Assembly (NCBI GenBank): GCA_019056805.1
Contig: DXJG01000010.1
Span: 30,001 to 62,000 of the forward strand
Length of the DNA stretch: 32,000 nt
Reading direction: 5' to 3'
Source of the DNA: Candidatus Baldrarchaeota archaeon
GTDB taxonomy: Archaea; Asgardarchaeota; Baldrarchaeia; Baldrarchaeales; DXJG01
Made by a program: the position numbers and the translations under genes. The stretch's first letter is position 1. Each line of letters begins with the position of its first letter. The notes beneath the pieces were generated by a model that saw nothing but the letters and a program-made list of their open reading frames with translations, was not told the origin of the DNA and searched no databases. Of this stretch, positions 8,959-17,810 are shown one piece after another.

Positions 8959-9276
8959 TTACCCATCTGCCTTAGGTCTTAAGTCTTCCCCACACTCAGG
9001 ACAGAAATTTACATTAGAGGGGATGCGGGCTTTGCAACTTGGACAAATCGCAAGAAGAGACTCAGATACTTTAGGCGTTATAGGTGTAGGCTCCAGAGAA
9101 ACTTTCTTAGGTGAAGGTGCAGAAACCTTCTTCGACGAAGATGTAGCTAACCCCATGACAATAAATAAGATACTAAGAACAACGATACCTATTGCAGCCG
9201 GGTGTTGTAATCGATTATATGTCCAAAAACCGAATACGAGTAAAAAAATTCCAAAAACCACTTGTCCACGATCCAT
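8959..9276 (-). CDS. 2-TM membrane protein with C-terminal zinc ribbon
   Basis: Two N-terminal hydrophobic helices; CPSC...FCPECG. Confidence 0.8.
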   Translation of the reverse strand: MDRGQVVFGIFLLVFGFWTYNRLQHPAAIGIVVLSILFIVMGLATSSSKKVSAPSPKKVSLEPTPITPKVSESLLAICPSCKARIPSNVNFCPECGEDLRPKADG

Positions 9277-9669
9277 TTTTCCACCTCCTTTTCAACATTA
9301 TTCTTTCTTTTAGTTTCTTTTAGAGAGAGAAGAAACCGTTAACCCACAACGGATCTCATAGCAAACTCCCCTTAGCTCACTTAAGGGGCTTCCTGCATCA
9401 GAGAAATACTTGCCCGTAGCTAACACATAAACTGGGACAAGAAATAGAAACATTCTATCCACAGGAACTATGAGCCTTCTCAACTCCGATCAAGACTGAT
9501 CTAATAAAATATTTCTAGAAACTATAAATACTTTTCGGCTATAAAAGAGGAAGTTACACTATCAATCTCTGCTATTTTTCTAGGTTCATACACCAATTAG
9601 AAGTATTTTAGAGAAAAGCAAAAACACTATGAAAAGAAAGAGCAGTGCAAAACAATGTTTATTAACGTA

Positions 9670-9677
9670 TTTATATA
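9670..9677 (+). promoter_or_regulatory. candidate TATA box for the AbrB-VapC operon
   Basis: TTTATATA about 21 nt before the ATG at 9699, which fits a leaderless archaeal transcript. Confidence 0.4.
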
Positions 9678-9698
9678 ATGTATCTTTGGTGATACATA

Positions 9699-9956
9699 AT
9701 GGCGATAACCAAATATAGGACAAAAGTGTTAAGCGGATATAGAATAACCATCCCAAAAGAGATCAGAGAAAAACTCAATATAAAAATCGGAGACGAACTA
9801 GAGATAATTGTAGAAAGCGGAAAATTATTAATCCCCATTATCAAAGAAGATCCCGTCATGATGCTCGCCGGTATAGCAGAAGGCGCACCAACAGAAATCA
9901 AAGGAGACGAACTATTTTTAGAAGAACTAAAAAGGAAGATTAAAAATGAAGACTAA
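9699..9956 (+). CDS. AbrB/MazE/SpoVT-family antitoxin
   Basis: GYRITIPKEIREKLNIKIGDEL. Confidence 0.9.
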   Translation: MAITKYRTKVLSGYRITIPKEIREKLNIKIGDELEIIVESGKLLIPIIKEDPVMMLAGIAEGAPTEIKGDELFLEELKRKIKNED

Positions 9957-10443
9957 ATTCGTTGACACACCAATATTTATAAAATGGATGTCAGCCAAGA
10001 AAAACAAACTATCATTAGAAGCTGCAATAAGCGGCTACATCCTCACAAAAATCATGAAAGGCGAAAAAGCCGTCACAACAACATTAGTAAAAGACGAAGT
10101 CATCATATGGCTCTCCAGATACAAAGCAACCGCACTACCAAAATTTATCCAATCCATAAGAGCACTAGTCAACCTAGAAATCATATCACCAACCCTAAAC
10201 GACCAAGAAGAAGTATGCAACAACTACGGAAAATACCCACTAGGCATTTCAGACCTAATAAACCTAGCGGTAATGCACAGAAAAAACATAAACGAAATAT
10301 ATACAACAGACAAAGGATACGCCTCAACAAACATAAAAATAATATTCCACGAACTATCCAAAGAATCAAGCTTCAAAGCATTCGTAAAAAACCTCAAAAA
10401 CAAAGGATTCAAACCATCCTTTCCACTAAACCATCAAACATAA
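9946..10443 (+). CDS. vapC: PIN-domain (VapC) toxin
   Basis: FVDTPIF, KDEV, LGISDLINLA, IYTTDKGY; overlaps the antitoxin. Confidence 0.85.
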   Translation: MKTKFVDTPIFIKWMSAKKNKLSLEAAISGYILTKIMKGEKAVTTTLVKDEVIIWLSRYKATALPKFIQSIRALVNLEIISPTLNDQEEVCNNYGKYPLGISDLINLAVMHRKNINEIYTTDKGYASTNIKIIFHELSKESSFKAFVKNLKNKGFKPSFPLNHQT

Positions 10444-10704
10444 CAATAATCAAAACACTACCAACACAGCAATCAAGAAAAATTAACCACTATCATCATA
10501 AAGTCTCATAGATTCATATCATACGCTAATTTTAATTTTCCCTACCATATTAACGTCATACAAAACTTCTTCATCAAAACACTCAAGTTGTACTATAATG
10601 AAGATCTAAGATCTACCTAGCTAATATTCGAAAAACTTAATAGTATTAGTTGTAATACATATTACCACAAATTTTTAAAACCTAACAACGTTAGGTGAAA
10701 CCAG

Positions 10705-11514
10705 ATGAATAAAAAAATACTTGCAATAATTTTAGTAATCATTGCAAGCACCCTAATTTTAGGAAAAACCTTAAATATTCTTGAAAGATTCCAGGGAACT
10801 CAAGAAAATGTTGGATTTGAAGAAAATCCACCTCCCGAAGGAGAAAATATAGATAATGAAGAAATTAAAAGTACGGAAATTCCGCTTTCAGAACAAGAAA
10901 TTGAAAACATCTTAACAATTCACATAATCGATGAAACTGATGAGGAAGCTGCAGAAATCGACAATGCGCCTCCAGGTGGAGCCGTTAGCTGGCCACCAGT
11001 AAACATAACAAAAGTCAGCATTGGAACCTATGAAGGATATTTATATGTAAAGTTTGAATTCCTCGGCGAAATACCCGTGGAAAAGGAAGAACCAATAGAA
11101 ATGATAAGTTTCTCAGTAGAGATAGATGCAGACCTTAATTACAATACAGGCTGGCACGGTACAGACATACAAATAGCCGTTCACCTAAAATATGACGAAG
11201 AAACCCACATCATTGAGCCAGGCGATATAGATGTCACTGTATGGTACAATATACCTACAACCGAAGATGAGGATGAGGCTCATAATACAGACATAATATA
11301 TGGAGAATATAAGGGTGGACCTGGAACAAACTACTTCATATTCCGAATACCTATGAACGTCGTTGGTTTACATTCTGGACAACAAATTTACTTCTCAGCA
11401 GGTGCAGAAGCATCAAGCCCAGAATATCATCACTATGCTTTCGATGGATTAAGATCTCCCCAAATATCAGTTCCAGGTACAGATGGCAGCCTATTTCTAT
11501 TAACCATACCCTAG
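10705..11514 (+). CDS. exported or membrane-anchored acidic beta-rich protein of unknown function
   Basis: Signal/anchor MNKKILAIILVIIASTLIL; GGTGA RBS; very D/E-rich. Confidence 0.75.
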   Translation: MNKKILAIILVIIASTLILGKTLNILERFQGTQENVGFEENPPPEGENIDNEEIKSTEIPLSEQEIENILTIHIIDETDEEAAEIDNAPPGGAVSWPPVNITKVSIGTYEGYLYVKFEFLGEIPVEKEEPIEMISFSVEIDADLNYNTGWHGTDIQIAVHLKYDEETHIIEPGDIDVTVWYNIPTTEDEDEAHNTDIIYGEYKGGPGTNYFIFRIPMNVVGLHSGQQIYFSAGAEASSPEYHHYAFDGLRSPQISVPGTDGSLFLLTIP

Positions 11515-11921
11515 ACCATAGTATAAGAGCATAAACCACTAATAAGAATAAACGATTCTTATAGCGTGTAAGAAGAGGGGTGTACCGCCTATCCGATGAA
11601 AAAGATTTTGCGATAATACATAAAACTACTTAGTTTTTCTTTCCTTGTCTCCAAATGTTCTGCATTCTTAGCCTAAAGCTAAAATCCTAAATTCAATAAC
11701 TCAATGATTTCTTTACTAGCCTCTGAGATTAAAGAAATCGTAATTACGGCTTTTGGGTTATTGTTTTTTCTTCCCAACCACGTAACCGTACCCTATGAAA
11801 TCGCTGTATTCTTTGAAAATTTTCCCTATATTTATAAATAAAATGTATAAAAACGTTATATAGATCCTATCAATAAACAGTATTTGACAGTGAGATACTA
11901 AACTTTCAAATATTTCTTGCC

Positions 11922-12626
11922 TTATCTTTTAGTACTTTGAGACTTTTTCCACTTATTATATCCAGATTCCATCATTATCCTCTTCATAATCTTAGATATT
12001 TTTGTTATCGGAGGCAGATATTTGTAGTCTTCGGCTTGAGCTTCAAACATTATTGAAGGAATTCCTCCAACGTAAAGGTCGATGTCCTCTAGGTCCTCAA
12101 AGTCTTCATGCCACGAAATTTCATCAAAAACAACCGAACATAACTCTCGAATTTTATCAAGTATTTCATCTGGTACATTTTGATCGATGATGGCTTCAGC
12201 GGCAATTTCCGCTTCTCCATTGACCCTATATATCCAGAGGTAAATATTGTCAACATACAGTGTTGAAGCTTCCAATTGACCAAGATAAAAATAGATGTAG
12301 CCATCTTCATAGTTAACTTCTATATCCTCCACACGATAATGTTCAAGACATTGAAGATGTTTAAGAAGCGGTCTAACAAACCACCGATAAAAGCGAAACC
12401 CCATATCAAGCGCATACATAAACGCAAATCTTAATTGCTTTCTTTTACCCTTGATACGAGGAGGATTCTCAAGTACAAGAGAATCTACCACAAAATCTCC
12501 CATAATCGCTGCAGCACCAATAACTTCTTTAACTAAATCCTCCACCGATACATTAGTTTTCCGACTCAATTTCTCTAAATATTCGTAAATAGATTTATCA
12601 GCAATATTTACAGTTAATTTTACCAA
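11922..12626 (-). CDS. protein with N-terminal RHH domain and an unknown acidic C-terminal domain
   Basis: VKLTVNIADKSIYEYLEKLSRKTNVSVEDLVKEVI; GGGGTGA RBS upstream. Confidence 0.65.
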   Translation of the reverse strand: MVKLTVNIADKSIYEYLEKLSRKTNVSVEDLVKEVIGAAAIMGDFVVDSLVLENPPRIKGKRKQLRFAFMYALDMGFRFYRWFVRPLLKHLQCLEHYRVEDIEVNYEDGYIYFYLGQLEASTLYVDNIYLWIYRVNGEAEIAAEAIIDQNVPDEILDKIRELCSVVFDEISWHEDFEDLEDIDLYVGGIPSIMFEAQAEDYKYLPPITKISKIMKRIMMESGYNKWKKSQSTKR

Positions 12627-12642
12627 TCTTCACCCCTCCATT

Positions 12643-12777
12643 TCACCTAACTATTTCCATCGTTTCCAAATAAGAAATACGATGTTGAATCAGATCAACA
12701 CCCTGCTCTATTACTCCAAAAAGTAATAAAACAGCAAGCACATTAATATCTACCAAAATACACTCAAGCAGCACCAT
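12643..12777 (-). pseudogene. possible PIN-toxin N-terminal remnant (44 aa)
   Basis: GGGGTGA-ATG VLLECILVDINVLAVLL resembles the PIN beta1 motif ILVDTNVL; premature stop. Confidence 0.35.
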
Positions 12778-12874
12778 TCACCCCTATATCCTCCACACAC
12801 AATACATTAAACAAATCATAACATTTAAACCTTTAGGAAACAAAACCAAGGAATCCTAGTATATATTGAAAAAC

Positions 12875-13065
12875 CTATGACCTTGCTTTAATTAAAAGGT
12901 CAAATCCCCCCTTGCTTCCTCTTTGAGTCATAAGTCTCTCACATGTAGGACAAACCGTAATCACACCTCTAAGTTTCTCAATCTCTGCCTTCAAATCACC
13001 TACCTTAAGTTTTAAACCCTCTATTTTCCTCTCAATCTTCTCTCCAACTCTTCAACGCTCCCCTC
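12875..13065 (-). pseudogene. coiled-coil + CxxC gene remnant
   Basis: My translation: SVEELERR / IERKIEGLKLKVGDLKAEIEKLRGVITVCPTCERLMTQ...*; frameshift near 13045; no start codon. Confidence 0.4.
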
Positions 13066-13199
13066 ACCAACTTTCCATAACAGTTTAACTGAATATATTC
13101 GCTGTAAGTGACAACTGGTTACTTCTTGGACCTGTTTTAATGATAATAGTAACTATACCAACCATCATTCTCTTAGAAAAAATTGCACATCAACCGTGG

Positions 13200-13300
13200 T
13201 TCAGGCAATTTAAAATCTAAAACCGTCCTTTATTTTGCTTTTGTAAATGTAAAACTCATTTCATGGTAATTATTATATTTTTACATAGCCTTTTACTTTT
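13200..13300. other. strand compositional skew inversion point (approximate)
   Basis: + strand is C>>G to the left (13021-13080: 25 C, 1 G) and G>>C to the right (13441-13500: 22 G, 0 C). Confidence 0.7.
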
Positions 13301-13310
13301 GGTGTTGATA

Positions 13311-13703
13311 ATGACTAAGAGTTACTGTAAGTCTCAGTTAATGGAAATGCTGAACACAAAACTTAAGAAAGCTATTGAATCAAATTTACTCTCAAAAAAT
13401 TTTGTTGAACACGTTGAGAAAGAGGAAAAGAAGTTGGAGGAGGATTTTAAAAGTGTGATAAAGGAGATGGATAGGGGAATAGGTGATGTGGTTAGTGATT
13501 TGCCTGTTTCTTTTAATAAAAATAATATTATTGCTGCGATAGTTAACTATTGTAGGCGTATTTATGTTTTCATGGATTCTGTAGAATCTTTTATAGACGA
13601 TTTATTCTCTTATGGTACATTTGGGGAATACAGCTCTTATGTGCTTAAAGAAGAACCTGAAGATTTTCATTTATTTGGAAATGAAGATGTTGTAGATGAT
13701 TAA
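13311..13703 (+). CDS. hypothetical acidic helical protein
   Basis: Track ORF 13263..13703; the ATG at 13311 follows GGTG. No motif recognised. Confidence 0.6.
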   Translation: MTKSYCKSQLMEMLNTKLKKAIESNLLSKNFVEHVEKEEKKLEEDFKSVIKEMDRGIGDVVSDLPVSFNKNNIIAAIVNYCRRIYVFMDSVESFIDDLFSYGTFGEYSSYVLKEEPEDFHLFGNEDVVDD

Positions 13704-13977
13704 CTTAACTTGTCATTCTTTTAATTTTTATGTGTATTGTTGTCTATTCGATGACTTTTTAATATTTGAACTCCATTTTCTTTACGATCTAAATTTGTAA
13801 CATTGCTTTCAATTTTTTCGTCTTGCGAAAAATATTCTAGATTTCAACCTACTATAGTAGGGGGGCTACAAAGTTACTTTAGTAGTTTCTTGGAAAGGTC
13901 CTAATTTGCTATGGTGATAATAGTTATATTTTGGTGTTACATTATTTTGTTCTACATGGACTTGGGGGGGGTCTAGG

Positions 13978-15072
13978 GTGGACCGGGTAGATCAATTTTT
14001 GAAATTGTTTTTTATCCTAGGTTTTGTCATATTTTTGATTGGTAGTTCTGTTGCTTTGGCTGCTGTGGTTCGGCTTTCTGTGGTCGGTGTGACGAGAAAC
14101 CAAGTGATATACGATGAGAAACCTCTAGTCATATCTGCTGGATGGATATCTAAAAGCTACGAGTTGGTCGATGAGATTTTAGAGGTTTATTGGTGGACCT
14201 ATGATTATACCTGGGAATATACGCCTTGGGTCGGAGAGGGAAGAAACTTTGTAATTAGTGGCAGCGCCATTGAACTATCCTCTCCTTAACGCCCCTTTAA
14301 CTTCTATGTGTTTGACTCCGATAATTTCTACTTGTGGCGTGACGGTAAAAAGTACACCGCATTCTATGAGGTTAAAAACGTTTTCTCAACTAGTTTCAGC
14401 TTTACCATAGCTTCGGAAGAAGATCTACCCAGCTCTTTTTACTTTGTTGTTGAAGAAGTTGATGAAGGTTCGCCACCTACTGTTCGAGTCGAGGCTACGA
14501 TGGAATGGATCGAGAAAACATCTCGATACTATTGTTCAAACTATGTAGGCTACAAGGAGTCGATTTCAGGAGAAGAATTCACTGTTAAAGGAACTGTAAA
14601 AGAAGTTAATAACCGTAAATTCAATTTCTACGTGTTGGATTATGATAATTATCAAAGATGGCTGGCAAACCAAACATACATGGCATATTTCGAAGCAAAA
14701 AACACAGCTGCAACAACGTTCACAATTTCATTCATCACTCTACCATCAGAGCTTTACTTCGTTGTTGAGAATCCGAGTAGCGTAGATGAACAGGTAATAA
14801 TCTCCATAACCATACAGTGGAAAGAAAAATCACTCGCAGAAGCTCTTCCAAGCATATTAGCAGGTATTATTATATCCATTACGGGTTTTGGCACAGTAAT
14901 AATGGTAGTACTAAGTCTACCAACCTACCTGTCACTAGACTATATCAAAGTCAAAGCAAGGAAAGAAGAAAAGAAAAAGAGAAGAGAAAAGCCTGAAGAA
15001 AAACTGCTTAGAACAGCTAGAGAAATAATTGATGAAGTTAAGAGGAGATATTTGGGAGAAGAGGCGATATGA
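13978..15072 (+). pseudogene. membrane protein with a duplicated extracellular beta-domain, split by one in-frame TAA (14287-14289)
   Basis: ORFs 13978 and 14308 share a frame: SSP*RPFNFYVFD. Repeat 2 reads NNRKFNFYVLDYDNY...YFVVE. N- and C-terminal TM helices. Confidence 0.8.
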
Positions 15073-15440
15073 GGTTGAAATATACGTTTTGGGGGTTCAC
15101 CTGGTTCCTAATAGCACTCATACAAATGACGTGGGTGGAACAACTGAAAATAATGGCGAAAGCATTAAATTACAGGATAATTGGCTACATTTGGCAAATC
15201 AACTATATTATGATCATAACAGTCTTCCTTCTTCCGGTGACTCTGATTGCAGACTACTTCGCAACTAAGAAGGAGGAGGAGGAAAGAAGATTTAGAGACG
15301 AAGCGATAATCCTGATCAGAGAGATCGAGGAACTGAAAAAACTAGTTGAATTAAGGCAACCGGTGAAATGTTCACGTTGCGGAGCAGCAGTAACACTACC
15401 AGGAGCAAAATACTGTCCTAACTGTGGAACACCACTATAA
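15069..15440 (+). CDS. 2-TM, coiled-coil, C-terminal zinc-ribbon protein
   Basis: CSRCG...KYCPNCG; overlaps the upstream stop (ATGA). Confidence 0.8.
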   Translation: MRLKYTFWGFTWFLIALIQMTWVEQLKIMAKALNYRIIGYIWQINYIMIITVFLLPVTLIADYFATKKEEEERRFRDEAIILIREIEELKKLVELRQPVKCSRCGAAVTLPGAKYCPNCGTPL

Positions 15441-15724
15441 TAAACCTACTACGAACCTCTATTTTTATTTTTTAACGCTTTAAAAAGAGGTAGTCTCTCT
15501 AACTTTTCCTGAACTAGGAGAGGCTGAAAAGGTTTATTTTTCTATCTATTCTTTCAGACTTTACTTTTAATGTGCTTTAACTTTGTTGTTAATTTTGTTT
15601 AAATTTCTAGAAATTTTTTCTCGTTCAAAATTTATAGTTATTGTGTGGGATGTATGGATGAATTTTTATTGTTTTCAAAAAGGTAATAAGAGTATTAGGA
15701 GTATAGGTGTGTGAGGTTGGTTGG

Positions 15725-16702
15725 ATGATTAGGAGTTTGGAGATTGAAAATTTTAAGTCGATTAAGAGTTTGAGGTTGGATTGTAGGAGGATAAATATTT
15801 TTATTGGGGAGCCGAATACTGGGAAATCTAATATTTTAGAGGCTTTGGGTGTTTTTTCTTACGGAGCATATAGTAATTATTATTCTCTTAGGGATTTTGT
15901 TAGGTTGGAGATCATGAGTAATTTGTTTTATGATGAGAATTTAGATGAGACCACAAGAATAAAAGCTGACGATAAAATTTTTAGGATCGAATTTAAGGAT
16001 GGAAGATTTGGGGGTGTTTGTCAAGAAGCTGATAAGGAGATTTTTAGTTTTGTTTTTGACTATGATGGGTCTGGCGAGAGTTCATCTTTTCGAAGACCTT
16101 TGTTGGTTCCTTTTAAGTTTTATAGGTTTGTTGTGAGAGAGAAGTTTCCGAGGAGGGAGTCTGATTTTCTTTTGCCGCCTTTTGGAGAGAATCTTTTAAC
16201 TATTCTTTTGACTCATGGGGATTTGAAGTCTCTTGTTAGTCAAATTTTTAATCAGTTTGGTTTAAAACTGCTTTTTAAGCCTCATGAGAATAAGATTGAA
16301 GTTGCTAAGTTGTATGGGGATGTTCTTATTTCTTACCCGTATTTTTTGGCGTCGGAGACTTTACAAAGAATTGTTTTTTATCTTGCTGCAATTAGTACGA
16401 GTAGAGATTCTATTTTGGTTTTTGAGGAGCCTGCGGCGCATGCTTTTCCTTATTATACGAAGTTTCTTGCTGAGAGGGTTGCTTTGGATGAGAGTAATAA
16501 TCAGTATTTTATTTCGACGCATAATCCTTATTTTCTTCTTTCAGTTTTGGAGAAGTCTCGTAGGGATGAGGTTTCGGTTCATGTTACGTATTTTGAGGAT
16601 TATCAGACAAAGGTTAGGACTCTGGATGAAGAAGGTATGGAGAAGTTGATGGATCTTGATGTGGATGTTTTCTTTAATATTGAGAGTCTTTTGGGGAAGT
16701 AG
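15725..16702 (+). CDS. ABC-type AAA ATPase (AAA_15/AAA_21, OLD/AbiEii-like)
   Basis: IENFKSI, Walker A GEPNTGKSN, Walker B LVFEEP, STH. The ATG at 15725 is preferred to the GTG at 15707. Confidence 0.9.
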   Translation: MIRSLEIENFKSIKSLRLDCRRINIFIGEPNTGKSNILEALGVFSYGAYSNYYSLRDFVRLEIMSNLFYDENLDETTRIKADDKIFRIEFKDGRFGGVCQEADKEIFSFVFDYDGSGESSSFRRPLLVPFKFYRFVVREKFPRRESDFLLPPFGENLLTILLTHGDLKSLVSQIFNQFGLKLLFKPHENKIEVAKLYGDVLISYPYFLASETLQRIVFYLAAISTSRDSILVFEEPAAHAFPYYTKFLAERVALDESNNQYFISTHNPYFLLSVLEKSRRDEVSVHVTYFEDYQTKVRTLDEEGMEKLMDLDVDVFFNIESLLGK

Positions 16703-16704
16703 AG

Positions 16705-17172
16705 ATGATTTTTGTGGAGTGTAAGCCGGATCGTGTTCTTGTAGAGTCTATAACGGGGATTTCGAGGAGGAAGATTAGGCATGCGGGGAATAAGCCTAGG
16801 GTTTGTAAAGAGTTGGAGAGGCGGAGAAATTGTAAGGGTTTGGTGGATGAAGATCCGTGGAGTGTTCAACCTCCTTATTTGAGGAGGATGGTGGTGGTTG
16901 AGGATTTATCAAGTTTTGGTATTAAAATCTTATATGATGAAAGTAGGAGTAATTATTTAGTTGTTTTGTGTCCAAGGTTGGAGGAGTGGATTTTAGAGGC
17001 TGCAAAGGAAGCCAAAATAGATTTGAGAAAGTATGGTTTGCCGAGGGATGTTGAAAGGTTTCATAGAGAGGTAAGTGTTGGGCTTGTAAAGTTTGAAAGG
17101 TTAATAAGTGATTTAAAAGGTCATAGTGAGAGAATTGAAATGTTAAAAAGGTCGTTGGAGTGGGAAAAGTAG
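16705..17172 (+). CDS. TOPRIM-like partner protein of the ATPase
   Basis: IFVECKPD (conserved E) and GLVDEDP (DxD), then LEEW. Confidence 0.6.
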   Translation: MIFVECKPDRVLVESITGISRRKIRHAGNKPRVCKELERRRNCKGLVDEDPWSVQPPYLRRMVVVEDLSSFGIKILYDESRSNYLVVLCPRLEEWILEAAKEAKIDLRKYGLPRDVERFHREVSVGLVKFERLISDLKGHSERIEMLKRSLEWEK

Positions 17173-17267
17173 GTATAACTAACAATAGTGTGTTGGCGTA
17201 ATTTTCTAATTTTGTGAATGAAAATATTCTTCACAGTTTCTTAGATCTCAATGAAATTGATTTGAAG

Positions 17268-17291
17268 AAACCCTTACGAGGGCGTTTTTTT
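17268..17291 (+). terminator. candidate hairpin + T-tract terminator
   Basis: CCCT-TACG-AGGG followed by CGTTTTTTT, downstream of the ATPase operon. Confidence 0.3.
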
Positions 17292-17398
17292 CGGAATATT
17301 TTGGAGGCTTGGGGATTTTCTCTCATGGGGCTAAGAGTTTGTAAGAGGATGTTCTTCTTTTGATGTAGATGGGAGAAATGTGTGAAGTATGTACATAG

Positions 17399-17806
17399 TT
17401 AGTGAATGCGTGGTACTATTCCGTTGAAGTGTTGGTCGAAACTCATTAGCTTATCTATTTTGTGTTTTTCTATTAGGGCTATTGTGGTGCAGTCTGTGAA
17501 GCTTAGTCTTTTTTCTTTATATTTTTTGAATATTTTCCAAGCGTTTTTGAAAATTTCGTTATCTATGAAAAGTAGTTTGATTCTTGGTGATGAGAGTATG
17601 TAGTTTCCGATGTCGATTGCGATTTCAATGTTTTTTGTTCTTACTAATGCTACGGTTACTGCTTCATCAAATATGTATTCTGAGGTGTAAATTAATCCGT
17701 ATTCGCCTGTGAGGGCTTTTGCCATGAGTTTCTTTGCTTTTTCGTGGTTGATGTCGTCGGCGTTTCTTAGGGCGACGAATATGTTTGTGTCTATGAAAAC
17801 TGACAT
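17399..17806 (-). CDS. vapC: PIN-domain (VapC) toxin
   Basis: VFIDTNIFVAL, YIFDEA, LSFTDC, MSFDQHF; ATG at 17806 with GGTGA RBS. Confidence 0.92.
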   Translation of the reverse strand: MSVFIDTNIFVALRNADDINHEKAKKLMAKALTGEYGLIYTSEYIFDEAVTVALVRTKNIEIAIDIGNYILSSPRIKLLFIDNEIFKNAWKIFKKYKEKRLSFTDCTTIALIEKHKIDKLMSFDQHFNGIVPRIH

Positions 17807-17810
17807 GGAA

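Noticed and set aside
9336-9450. tRNA-like starts (CCCTTAGCTCA, GCCCGTAGCT) and two small hairpins (CCGTT/AACGG, CCCCTT/AAGGGG)
   Set aside because: No T-arm (GTTCRA) or cloverleaf; stems of 5-6 bp are expected by chance.
9667-9695. ATAATGTAT resembling the E. coli dif core
   Set aside because: The right arm does not match; better explained as the TATA box of the AbrB gene.
5127-10700. Integron cassette array (small genes, TA pairs, CTAAC/GTTAG motifs at 8893 and 10680-10696)
   Set aside because: No attC with proper R''-L''-L'-R' spacing. The 10680 boxes are only 3 nt apart, gene orientations are mixed and there is no integrase.
11706-11739. Perfect 10-bp inverted repeat GATTTCTTTA / TAAAGAAATC with a 14-nt spacer
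   Set aside because: AT-rich, single occurrence and no second copy marking an element end; compatible with chance.
13141-13924. Direct repeat TGATAATAGT at 13141 and 13915 as a target-site duplication
   Set aside because: An AT-rich 10-mer match within 1 kb is plausible by chance, and the enclosed DNA has no mobile-element features.
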